From: Algoriphagus sp.
GTDB taxonomy: Bacteria; Bacteroidota; Bacteroidia; Cytophagales; Cyclobacteriaceae
DNA length: 41,131 nucleotides
Assembly (NCBI GenBank): GCA_023255285.1
Contig: JALRIY010000001.1
Location: 13,875 to 55,005, forward strand
Direction: 5' to 3'
Position 1 is the first letter of the stretch. Each line of letters begins with the position of its first letter. The notes under the pieces were generated by a model that was not told where the DNA came from, did no database searches, and worked only from the letters and a program-made list of their open reading frames with translations. Of this stretch, positions 27,665 to 35,930 are shown piece by piece. The position numbers were made by a program, and so were the translations under genes.

Positions 27665-28486
27665 TTATTTTTTGTTTAGAAAGATGCGAGTCAAGGTGCT
27701 CGCCACTCCGTCCTCTTTGTGGTGCTTGGTAACCTCATTTGCCACTGCTTTAACTTCTGTGAAGGCATTTTCTACTGCCACGCCCCACCCTGCTTGTTGA
27801 AGTAGTTCGATGTCGTTGTAGCCATCGCCAAAGGCAACTACTTCGTGCATACCGATACCTGGATAGCTCAGTTCCAAAATTTTTTTGAGCCCAGTTGCCT
27901 TGGAGATAGGTTTCGGGGCAATTTCTAGGTAGGTGTCTTTTGACCTGTAGAGGTGCAGTTGGGCCCCTAGATTTTCATTTAATGTTTGGTAGAGAAGGTC
28001 TATTTTTGGCGAGTCTCCCATACACATTGCCTTGTGTGCGCCATGCCGATTAGACTTCCATCGTTCAATCACAAGTAAAGGATCTGTCCAAGAGGGGATT
28101 ACCTTTGTATTTTTAATTTCCCGAATTGCAAAATAATCTTCATTTCTGGTATGCCATTCCTCTCCATAAAGTAAGCTTGTATGCAGGTGGAGTGAGTTTG
28201 CCAGATGGACTACCTGTTCAACTACCGGGATGGGAATGGTAATGGATTCAAGTACTTTCCCATTTCCATCTAAAACCAATGCCCCGTTGTAAGCAATGAG
28301 GGGTTCATTGGGACGATTCAAGTCTTGAAGCAGGTGCCGCATAGCAGCAGGCATTCGAGCACTTGCTAGAAAAAATGGAATCTCTTTAGAAATGGAGGAG
28401 ACGATTGAAATGAGGTTGGGAGAAAGCGAGCGCTCTGAGTTGAGGAGGGTGCCGTCAATATCTGTGCAGATGGCTTTAAAATTCAT
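27665..28486 (-). CDS. Cof-type HAD-IIB hydrolase
   Basis: DIDGTLL, ASAR, YNGA, YLEI, SKA.GL, AFGDGYND..LL, DGVA. Confidence 0.93.
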   Translation of the reverse strand: MNFKAICTDIDGTLLNSERSLSPNLISIVSSISKEIPFFLASARMPAAMRHLLQDLNRPNEPLIAYNGALVLDGNGKVLESITIPIPVVEQVVHLANSLHLHTSLLYGEEWHTRNEDYFAIREIKNTKVIPSWTDPLLVIERWKSNRHGAHKAMCMGDSPKIDLLYQTLNENLGAQLHLYRSKDTYLEIAPKPISKATGLKKILELSYPGIGMHEVVAFGDGYNDIELLQQAGWGVAVENAFTEVKAVANEVTKHHKEDGVASTLTRIFLNKK

Positions 28487-28555
28487 GGGAAAAATTAACT
28501 GGTTGCCAGCCACAATTTGTGGTGGTTTAGAAGTCTAGATAAACACTTTTGTTTG

Positions 28556-28978
28556 CTACTCAAAATCTTGGGTGTTGAAAGTATATTCTTCCATAGAAAC
28601 ATTTTCTGGATTATAAGGGTCTATTTGCACAAATTGGATAGTGATTTTGCTGTAATCTGCTGCTTTTTCAAAGTCCCGAAGGTAGAGTTTGGCACAATTT
28701 CGTGCCAATATGTCTCGCTGCTCTACTAGGATTTTTGGGTCTCCATTTTCAAGCCGTAAAAAGATAGTGGCTTCTTTAAGGCCATCTTGGGAGGAATTGG
28801 AAAGGTGAATGCTCGTATTTTGAAATTTTCCCAAGGCTTTCACTTCTTCTGAAGGAATAAACCCCTTGCCAACAAAATTTTCCATGTTGCCAACCGCAAA
28901 TTCAATAATCTCCTCTGGGGCACAGGCGCAGCATGATGTCGAAAAAATGATAAAAAGTGCCCAAAATTGTTTTTTCAT
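28556..28978 (-). CDS. Hypothetical exported protein/lipoprotein
   Basis: MKKQFWALFIIFSTSCCAC signal-like N-terminus; no recognisable family. Confidence 0.6.
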   Translation of the reverse strand: MKKQFWALFIIFSTSCCACAPEEIIEFAVGNMENFVGKGFIPSEEVKALGKFQNTSIHLSNSSQDGLKEATIFLRLENGDPKILVEQRDILARNCAKLYLRDFEKAADYSKITIQFVQIDPYNPENVSMEEYTFNTQDFE

Positions 28979-29079
28979 AGACCTATGGAATGCATCCATT
29001 CGGAAGAAGTAAAGGGATAGATTGATTTTGGGTAGGAGTAAATTAAGGGTTACTTTATCTGAAAGGATATGAAGACGCC

Positions 29080-30450
29080 CTAGTTTTCATTTTTAAAGGT
29101 AATCTTGTAAAAGACAAATCGTTTGTCCTCTTGATTTTTTATTCGCGTAATTAATGGAAATCCATTTTTTTCCTCGTATTGTTTGTTTATCGATTTGATC
29201 AATCGTGAACGTTTAATCCGTTTGGAGTCAAAGTTACTGATTTCATTTATTCCGAGAAGTTGGTCGAAGGTCTCTGTGCTTAGTTTCTCCCCATTGTGCG
29301 CAAGTAGATGATCCATGATTTCCTCTTCTTTTTCCTCTTGAACATTTTCTTGGGGTAAGTCTTTTTCTAGAGAAAGATTTCTTTTTTTATCAGTTCTTTT
29401 CTGAAGTTGAATCCCCATCCAAAATACAAGTGGAAGTAGCGCTAGTCCTAGCCAAGGGAGGAAGGAAGAGGGACTTGATTTTTTAGTTAGAGCATTAGGC
29501 TCTAAAACTACAATCTTTCCAATTTCTCTTGAATTTTCTTTAACCTTATCGAGGTCAATCTGCACTTCTTCTCCACTAAGGAAATCTCCATTTATATATT
29601 CAACATAGTTTATTTTGTTACCAATAATTTCATGAACGGGAGAAATAAAAATTTGATCATCTTTAGTGCCCTCGAACAAGTAAATCTTTCCAGTTTCTTT
29701 TTCAAAAAGGATCCAAACGATCCATCCAAAAGCTGCTTTTTCTGTTTTTGAAACAAAAAAACTATAGTCTTGGGTTTCATAAAAAAGGCTGAGGTTGGGT
29801 TCAATTAAATCTGAAATTTCAAATTCGTCTACTTCAATTTTAAGTGGTGTCCAAGTTTTTTTTGCAAAATCAACGAAATATCCAGCAGTCTCTTTTTCTA
29901 TTTTTGGTATTCTTGGATTTTTGTAGTTTCCAAAGAGTGCAATTATCCCTTTTGAATTTTGATACATCCCCAATGGGAAATAGTCTATGGGTTGATTATC
30001 AATAAATTGAAATTCCCATGAACCTTTTAAACTGTCAAACTTCATTAAATCAGAGTGCGAGTTCCAAAGTCCTAATCCACCTAAAATATGATAGTTGTTA
30101 TTTCTTTCAAAAAGTAAAGACCCACAAGTATATCCTCTATTAGCAAATTTATAGTCTTTAAAAATTTGTTTATCCCGAATGGTATAAAAATCAAAGGAAC
30201 AATGAGCAAACGCTTTTAAAGATTGAGTTTTTGGTGAATAAATAAATTCATAACTCAGTGGATTATCTTTGTAAATACTATCCAATTGACTAAGAATTGA
30301 CTGCGTTACTCTTCCTTCAATAAAGGAATCTCTTTTTAAAATTCCCCACTTATTTCCGGCAATTCGTAATCGGTAAAATTCTGGATCTTTAGCATGTACT
30401 GTCAAGCTAAAAAGAATGCTGAGAAGGAAAATTAAAATTCTTTTTAGCAT
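29080..30450 (-). CDS. AT-rich hypothetical protein: signal peptide, periplasmic domain, one TM, cytoplasmic tail
   Basis: 456-aa ORF; Kelch-like ILGGLGLW...FD....SW; TM FLPWLGLALLPLVFWMG; basic C-terminal domain. Confidence 0.75.
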   Translation of the reverse strand: MLKRILIFLLSILFSLTVHAKDPEFYRLRIAGNKWGILKRDSFIEGRVTQSILSQLDSIYKDNPLSYEFIYSPKTQSLKAFAHCSFDFYTIRDKQIFKDYKFANRGYTCGSLLFERNNNYHILGGLGLWNSHSDLMKFDSLKGSWEFQFIDNQPIDYFPLGMYQNSKGIIALFGNYKNPRIPKIEKETAGYFVDFAKKTWTPLKIEVDEFEISDLIEPNLSLFYETQDYSFFVSKTEKAAFGWIVWILFEKETGKIYLFEGTKDDQIFISPVHEIIGNKINYVEYINGDFLSGEEVQIDLDKVKENSREIGKIVVLEPNALTKKSSPSSFLPWLGLALLPLVFWMGIQLQKRTDKKRNLSLEKDLPQENVQEEKEEEIMDHLLAHNGEKLSTETFDQLLGINEISNFDSKRIKRSRLIKSINKQYEEKNGFPLITRIKNQEDKRFVFYKITFKNEN

Positions 30451-30604
30451 GATTAATTAATTTCTTCCCTTGAGTTCTGCTTCATTTTTTTAACAAGACA
30501 TAAACCTGTTAAATGTTAGGAAAAGATAAAGGCCAATTCGATAGGAGTCAAGTCTTATTTGATTTTTAAATGGAAATGTGGCGTGGGAGGATTAGCTGCC
30601 AAAG

Positions 30605-30854
30605 CTAATTTCCTTTTTGAATTAGCCGCTCGATGTAGTATCTGCTTTTTTTCTTTTTGATTTCGAGTTCGCGCTTGAGTAGCAGTTCTATCGGGGACTG
30701 TTTCGGTATAGCGGATCTCCCAAACTGGTGCTCCAGTTTTGGTGGAGGGGGTAGATCCGGCATTATGGTGTTTGAGTCTGCCTTGCAAGTCATCGGTAGA
30801 ACCAATGTAATAGCGGTTGGTCTTTTGGCTAAAAAGGACATAGATGTAGTACAT
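30605..30854 (-). pseudogene. Small GIY-YIG nuclease (UPF0213/SLX1-like), frameshifted near 30680
   Basis: MYYIYVL..KTNRYYIGSTDDLQGRLKHHN.G...ST in one frame; LKRELEIKKKKSRYYIERLIQKGN* in another; restoring 2 nt gives an 83-aa ORF. Confidence 0.85.
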
Positions 30855-30872
30855 AGTTGAAAAAATTTGGAT

Positions 30873-30903
30873 AAAAAAAGGACCCCGCAATGCTTCGGGG
30901 CCC
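30873..30903 (-). terminator. Rho-independent terminator after tRNA-Ala
   Basis: Minus strand gggccccg-aagcattg-cggggtcc-ttttttt. Confidence 0.8.
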
Positions 30904-30905
30904 TG

Positions 30906-30979
30906 TGGAGGATAACGGATTCGAACCGATGACCTCTACACTGCCAGTGTAGCGCTCTAGCCAACTGAGCTAATCCCCC
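30906..30979 (-). tRNA. tRNA-Ala (GGC), CCA not encoded
   Basis: GGGGGAT TA GCTC AGTTGGCTA GAGC G CTACA CTGGCAG TGTAG AGGTC ATCGG TTCGAAT CCGTT ATCCTCC A; G3:U70 Ala identity pair. Confidence 0.95.
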
Positions 30980-30992
30980 ATTATATTTCAAA

Positions 30993-31054
30993 GATTCGAA
31001 CCGATGACCCTCCCGCACGCTTGCGGGACGCTTAGCCAACTGAGCTAATCCCCC
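30993..31054 (-). ncRNA. tRNA-Ala-derived pseudo-tRNA with a replaced anticodon arm and truncated 3' end
   Basis: GGGGGATTAGCTCAGTTGGCTA-AGCG-TCCCGCA AGCG TGCGGGA-GGGTCATCGGTTCGAATC; direct repeat of tRNA-Ala at a 75-nt offset. Confidence 0.8.
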
Positions 31055-31065
31055 GAAAGAGTCTG

Positions 31066-31096
31066 CAAATATAGATTCTCTAAGTTTCCATCCAAA
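31066..31096 (-). promoter_or_regulatory. Housekeeping promoter for the pseudo-tRNA/tRNA-Ala transcript
   Basis: TTTG-N19-TATATTTG, 11 nt upstream of the pseudo-tRNA 5' G. Confidence 0.8.
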
Positions 31097-31104
31097 GAAA
31101 TTCT

Positions 31105-31713
31105 TTACTCCTGTGAATAATTTATTCGAGTTAAAATACTTCTTCCTAAAGTCACCTCGTCCGTAAACTCAAGTTCACCTCCTACAGGGATGCCTCGGGC
31201 AATGCTCGTCATTTTTACCCCCATAGGAGCCAAAATTTTACCCAAATAAAAAGAAGTAGTATCTCCCTCCATGGTCGCAGATAGCGCCAAAATTACTTCC
31301 TTGATTTCCCCTTGCTGTACTCGTTCTACTAAACCTTCACAATTTAATTCCTCAGGGCCAATGCCTTGCATGGGAGAAATGACTCCTCCCAACACATGGT
31401 AAATCCCCTGATATTGGTTGGTATTTTCTATAGCCAACACATCCCCAATGTCCTCCACCACGCAAACTATTGACCGGTCTCGTTTGGTGTTTTGGCAGGT
31501 AGAACAAAGCTCCTCATCAGCAAGAGCATAACATACTTTGCAGTAAGATACCTCTGCTCTCATTCGTGTCAAGGCCAAAGCTAATGCTTCCGTGTGGGCT
31601 TCGTGCTGTTTGAGTAAATGTAAGGCTAGGCGAAGTGCAGTTTTTTTACCTATACCAGGAAGTCTGGAGATTTCGGTTACTGCATCTTCGATCAATTTTG
31701 AAGGGAAGTTCAC
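31105..31713 (-). CDS. recR: Recombination mediator RecR
   Basis: LPGIGKKTALRLA, CKVC..LCSTC zinc finger, YHVLGG.ISP, EGDTT, IARGIPVGGELE. Confidence 0.97.
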   Translation of the reverse strand: MNFPSKLIEDAVTEISRLPGIGKKTALRLALHLLKQHEAHTEALALALTRMRAEVSYCKVCYALADEELCSTCQNTKRDRSIVCVVEDIGDVLAIENTNQYQGIYHVLGGVISPMQGIGPEELNCEGLVERVQQGEIKEVILALSATMEGDTTSFYLGKILAPMGVKMTSIARGIPVGGELEFTDEVTLGRSILTRINYSQE

Positions 31714-31722
31714 GTAATTAAT

Positions 31723-32016
31723 TTAAAGAATTGCTGCCTGTATTCCTTCGTCCAAAATTGCCTCACAAAGTGGCTTAAGTTCTGATCTTGTACCTTTTTT
31801 AACCGCGCACTTCCCCTTGTAATGTATGATTAACGTACACTGCTCCGCTTGTTCGTGAGTGTGTTCACAGACTTTCATCAGTACCTGAGTGACGTGTTCA
31901 AAGGTGTTTACATCGTCATTGAATACAACCAGGTCCGACGCCTCTTGATCGATGAGGTCCTCCAAGAGATCTACGATTTCTTCTACATGAGGAAGGGGTA
32001 TGCTGAAGTAATTCAT
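31723..32016 (-). CDS. clpS: ATP-dependent Clp protease adaptor ClpS
   Basis: LVVFNDDVNTFEHV...L, QAEQC.LIIHYKGKCAVK. Confidence 0.92.
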   Translation of the reverse strand: MNYFSIPLPHVEEIVDLLEDLIDQEASDLVVFNDDVNTFEHVTQVLMKVCEHTHEQAEQCTLIIHYKGKCAVKKGTRSELKPLCEAILDEGIQAAIL

Positions 32017-32020
32017 TTTG

Positions 32021-32028
32021 CAAAATTA
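32021..32028 (-). promoter_or_regulatory. -7 element (TAATTTTG) 4 nt before the clpS ATG
   Basis: taattttg-caaa-ATG. Confidence 0.6.
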
Positions 32029-32068
32029 AGAATAATAGACAACTTAGCGAGCGACAGACGCCCATAAT

Positions 32069-33514
32069 ATGAATCCGCAACTCGTTTTTACGGTAATCTC
32101 AATTTATTTTGGTTTACTTTTTTTTATTTCTTGGTTTACCTCTCGCAAGTTGACTGGAGATACTTTTTTTACTGGAGATCGTAATTCTCACTGGTTTTTG
32201 GTTTCCTTTGGAATGATTGGAGCCTCACTTTCTGGTGTTACGTTTATTTCAGTTCCTGGGGAGGTTGGTAATTCTAACTTCTATTACTTTCAAGTTGTTT
32301 TGGGATATACCCTTGGATACCTGACCATTGCTAAAGTATTGCTTCCACTCTACTATCGCTTAAATCTAGTTTCCATCTATACTTTTTTGGAAAATCGATT
32401 TGGATTTTGGTCCTACAAAACGGGGGCATTTTTTTTTATTATATCTAGGTCCTTTGGGTCTTCTCTTCGGCTATATTTGGTTGCAAGTGTACTTCAATTG
32501 GTACTTTTTGATGCTCTTGGGATTCCTTTCTGGGTATCTGTCTTACTTACCGTAGTACTTATCTGGCTATATACCTTTCGTGGTGGAATAAAAACAGTGG
32601 TTTGGACAGATACTTTACAAACTGCCTTCATGCTAACTGCTGTCCTTGTGACACTAGTATTGATTGGGAAAGAATTGGAAATTTCTAGCTTGGGAGACTA
32701 TGTCAATACTATAGTAAAGGATCAACGGTCTACCCTCTTCAATTGGGACTGGAAAGCAGGAACCAACTTTTTTAAGCAATTTGTTTCTGGTGCATTCATT
32801 ACCATAGTAATGACTGGTTTGGACCAAGACATGATGCAAAAAAATCTAACCTGTAGAACCCTTGGGGATGCCCAAAAAAATATGTTTTGGTTTACAGGAA
32901 TCCTTGTGGTGGTCAACCTATTATTTCTTTCCCTAGGAGTAATGCTTTATCTCTACGCCGAAACCAAGGGCATTCCTATCCCAGAGCGATCAGATAGCTT
33001 ATTTCCCTTACTTGCATCCACCTATTTTTCTCCAATTGCCGGAATTATTTTTGTACTTGGAATCATTGCTGCTGCCTATTCAAGTGTAGACTCTACCCTG
33101 ACTGCACTTACCACTTCTTTTTGTTTTGACTTTTTACAAATCGACCGTAACTATCCCGTAGAGAAGCGAGTTGCAATTCGAAAGCAGGTTCATATTGGAT
33201 TTACCGCTTTTCTTTATATTTTGATTTTGGCATTTTATTGGCTGAATGACCAAAGTGTGATTAATTCGGTTTTTATCTTGGCAGGCTACACCTATGGACC
33301 ACTATTGGGACTATTTGGCTTTGGTTTGTTTACCAGCTTTCAAGTGAAGGATGTATGGGTTCCGGGTTTGGCCATCCTTGCGCCCTCTCTCACCTTTTTG
33401 ATTGCCTCCAATTCCCAAGAATGGCTTTGGGGCTATACCTTCGGTTTTGAAGCGCTTATTTTAAATGGAGCCCTGATGTTTACTGGACTTTACCTCCTGC
33501 GAAAAAAAGATTAA
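32069..33514 (+). CDS. Sodium:solute symporter (SSS family)
   Basis: About 13 TM helices; SLSGVTFISVPG, FLENRFG, GGIKTVVWTD.LQ, GLDQDMMQK, AAAYSSVDS. Confidence 0.92.
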   Translation: MNPQLVFTVISIYFGLLFFISWFTSRKLTGDTFFTGDRNSHWFLVSFGMIGASLSGVTFISVPGEVGNSNFYYFQVVLGYTLGYLTIAKVLLPLYYRLNLVSIYTFLENRFGFWSYKTGAFFFIISRSFGSSLRLYLVASVLQLVLFDALGIPFWVSVLLTVVLIWLYTFRGGIKTVVWTDTLQTAFMLTAVLVTLVLIGKELEISSLGDYVNTIVKDQRSTLFNWDWKAGTNFFKQFVSGAFITIVMTGLDQDMMQKNLTCRTLGDAQKNMFWFTGILVVVNLLFLSLGVMLYLYAETKGIPIPERSDSLFPLLASTYFSPIAGIIFVLGIIAAAYSSVDSTLTALTTSFCFDFLQIDRNYPVEKRVAIRKQVHIGFTAFLYILILAFYWLNDQSVINSVFILAGYTYGPLLGLFGFGLFTSFQVKDVWVPGLAILAPSLTFLIASNSQEWLWGYTFGFEALILNGALMFTGLYLLRKKD

Positions 33515-33849
33515 GTATTTAGCTCTTCCTCTGGGTTCCAAAAACGACTTTCAAAATCAACTACGCGATCATTTTCTACGAGGACTCCTTCCGCTTCCAA
33601 ACGGGATTGCATGGTTGTTGGAGTAGGGAAATGGTGCTTTCCAGTAAGTAATCCTTGTCTATTCACTACACGATGGGCTGGAACATCTGCCAAAGCGTGT
33701 GCTGCATTCATGGCATACCCCACCATCCTGGCTCCAGATTTTAGTCCTAAATAATGTGCGATAGCTCCATAGCTACAAACGCGACCCACAGGGATTTCAC
33801 GGACTACTTGGTAAACCCAATCAAAGTAATTCTCCTTTTTGGACTGCAT
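33511..33849 (-). CDS. MGMT-family alkyltransferase-like protein
   Basis: IPVGRVCSYGAIA, ARMVG.AM, PAHRVV, LEAEGV; ATG at 33849. Confidence 0.88.
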   Translation of the reverse strand: MQSKKENYFDWVYQVVREIPVGRVCSYGAIAHYLGLKSGARMVGYAMNAAHALADVPAHRVVNRQGLLTGKHHFPTPTTMQSRLEAEGVLVENDRVVDFESRFWNPEEELNT

Positions 33850-34723
33850 ACTGCCAATCAATTAATGCCTGGTTGATGGATTTTTTTACTTGAATTTCAG
33901 CCTCCTTCTCTCCCGATTTAATAGGAAATTGGTAGCGAATAGTTACCGTATCTATTTTTCGATCCAATAGGGTGAGTTGCGCACCTTCTTTTTGAACTAC
34001 CAAAGCATACTGTTCTAAAATAGCTTCAAGAGCCCTCTCTAATTCGGTCAAATGAAGCTCATTTTTAAAACTGAGTTCAGCATCAAAAATTAGCTGGTGG
34101 GTATTGTTTTTTGAATAATTGACCACGTCTGTAGTCAGTGCCATGGTATTAGGAATGAGGATTATTTCGCCTGCATCGTTTTTCAATACCAAATTGATTA
34201 GGGTAATATCTCGAATAAAGCCAGTATGCCTCCCGATTTGAACCTTATCCCCAATTTCCAATTGATCAGAAAACATCATTATCAGGCCATTCACAATGTT
34301 GGTGATGTAATCTTTGGTCAACAAGGCGATTGCTGCTGCAACAATGGTGATGCTGGTCAAAAACTCCAGTGGCCGAATACCAAAGGCAAGCATCAATGAA
34401 ATTAGGATTGCAAGAAGGTTGAGCAAAAATTCAATGCGGTCGATACCCACTACAAAGTTGGGCTGTACCTTCGTTTCTTCTCGTTGCTGAAGGTAAATTC
34501 GTAAGGTAATAATCCTACCTAAAGAAAAAATTAAGTTGGCGCTCAAGAGAAAAATCAGTGCCCGAATGACATGATTTAATATTTCGTACTGGACTAAAAA
34601 TGGAGAAATTAAGGTATTCCCTGCATAAAAAACTTCTAGAATTACTAGAAAGAAAAGCTTGAAGGCAAAATAGGTTTTGCGAATATTCTCCTTGTTTCGG
34701 ATGCTGCTTTTGAGATGATTCAT
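33821..34723 (-). CDS. Mechanosensitive channel, MscS family
   Basis: KDYITNIVNGL, LEIGDKVQIG..TG.IRDI, IILIPN, VVNYS. Confidence 0.88.
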   Translation of the reverse strand: MNHLKSSIRNKENIRKTYFAFKLFFLVILEVFYAGNTLISPFLVQYEILNHVIRALIFLLSANLIFSLGRIITLRIYLQQREETKVQPNFVVGIDRIEFLLNLLAILISLMLAFGIRPLEFLTSITIVAAAIALLTKDYITNIVNGLIMMFSDQLEIGDKVQIGRHTGFIRDITLINLVLKNDAGEIILIPNTMALTTDVVNYSKNNTHQLIFDAELSFKNELHLTELERALEAILEQYALVVQKEGAQLTLLDRKIDTVTIRYQFPIKSGEKEAEIQVKKSINQALIDWQYAVQKGELL

Positions 34724-34780
34724 GGTTCAATCGAAAAATTAACCCTATTTTAGCAAATATAGGAAGGATTTGACGGACAG

Positions 34781-35458
34781 ATGAGCAGAAATATTGTAAT
34801 TACAGGGGCAGCAGGCGCTTTGGGCGCGGCTGTAGTTGGAAAATTTAAGCGGGAAGGCTATTACGTAATTGGACTTGTACGCCCGGAAGCCAACGAACAA
34901 GCATTGGAAGCAGATGTAACCTACGAGGTAGACGTGACCAATGAGCACGCAGTACAGGAATTTGTGAGAGAATATGAGGTTCAGTTCGGAGAACTTGATG
35001 CCATTGCACTGCTTGTTGGAGGCTTTGCTTCAGGTGGGCTGGATACTGTCAAACAGCAGGATATCACCCAACTTATCCAACTCAATTTCTTTAGCGCCTT
35101 TACAGTTGCAACCGCTTTCCTTCCCTTGCTAAAAAAACAGCATCGTGGGGCCTTATTATTTGTGGGGGCTCGGACAGCTTTAGAACCCGCGGAAGGTAAA
35201 AATGCCGTTGCTTATGCATTAAGTAAGCGTTTGGTGAGCACATTGTCTGAATTAATTGAAGCAGAAGTTAAAGGGACAGCTATCAAAACGCATCTTTTTG
35301 TACCAAGCATCCTTGATACGGAAGCAAATCGAGGAGCCATGCCTTCCAATGATTTTTCGAAATGGGTGAGCCCAGTAGACATTGCAGAAGCCATGCATTT
35401 TGCATTAAATTCGCCCAATCTAACCACCAGAACTTTTACCTTGTATGGAGGACTTTAA
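34781..35458 (+). CDS. Short-chain dehydrogenase/reductase
   Basis: ITGAAGALG, YALSK, PSILDT.ANR. Confidence 0.9.
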   Translation: MSRNIVITGAAGALGAAVVGKFKREGYYVIGLVRPEANEQALEADVTYEVDVTNEHAVQEFVREYEVQFGELDAIALLVGGFASGGLDTVKQQDITQLIQLNFFSAFTVATAFLPLLKKQHRGALLFVGARTALEPAEGKNAVAYALSKRLVSTLSELIEAEVKGTAIKTHLFVPSILDTEANRGAMPSNDFSKWVSPVDIAEAMHFALNSPNLTTRTFTLYGGL

Positions 35459-35930
35459 CTTACCAAGAAAAAACTGGATTCTATTTGCCATTTTTTTGCT
35501 AGTAGCCGGACTACCAGGCTTTTCTCAAACTCCCGAACAAGAAGTGGAGACAGTCATTCGATCCTTATTTGATGGGATGAAACAAAAAAATGTACCCCAA
35601 GTGGAAGCTGCTTTTTCCAAAGAGGGATTGATGCAAACTGTGCTGCAGAAACCAGAAGGAACCAGCATAGCTAGTAATTCCGTAGCTGATTTTTTGAATC
35701 GAATAGCCAGTACCCCTGCAAGTACGGTTCTCGATGAGCAAATTCTTTCTTATCATATTCAGGTAGATGGCCCCTTAGCAATTGCCTGGACTCCCTATAA
35801 ATTTTATGTGAACAACTCCTTTTCCCATTGCGGAGTCAACTCCTTTCAGCTAGTAAAGCTGCCTGGTGGATGGAAAATCGTATACATTATCGATACCCGA
35901 CGAAAAGAACCTTGTGAAGAAATCTTATGA
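35445..35930 (+). CDS. Exported NTF2/SnoaL-like fold protein
   Basis: Signal peptide; LFDGM, IQVDG.LA.AWTPY.F, HCGVNSFQL, WKI..IIDTRR. Confidence 0.8.
   Translation: MEDFNLPRKNWILFAIFLLVAGLPGFSQTPEQEVETVIRSLFDGMKQKNVPQVEAAFSKEGLMQTVLQKPEGTSIASNSVADFLNRIASTPASTVLDEQILSYHIQVDGPLAIAWTPYKFYVNNSFSHCGVNSFQLVKLPGGWKIVYIIDTRRKEPCEEIL

Noticed and set aside
30911-30930. U50xU64 mismatch in the tRNA-Ala T stem as a sign of pseudogenisation
   Set aside because: A single mismatch with all other arms and the G3:U70 identity pair intact is tolerated in functional tRNAs.
28990-30990. Classical integrative island at tRNA-Ala
   Set aside because: No integrase, and I found no duplicated tRNA 3' end (att site) at the far side; the duplicated part is the 5' portion and lies upstream.
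30605-31039. 144-aa ORF containing a duplicated GHRFES peptide
   Set aside because: It is read-through of the pseudo-tRNA, tRNA-Ala and terminator; only its last ~24 aa are real (the GIY-YIG C-terminus).
30906-31054. CRISPR-like repeat-spacer pattern
   Set aside because: Only two copies, clearly tRNA-derived, and no cas genes in the window.
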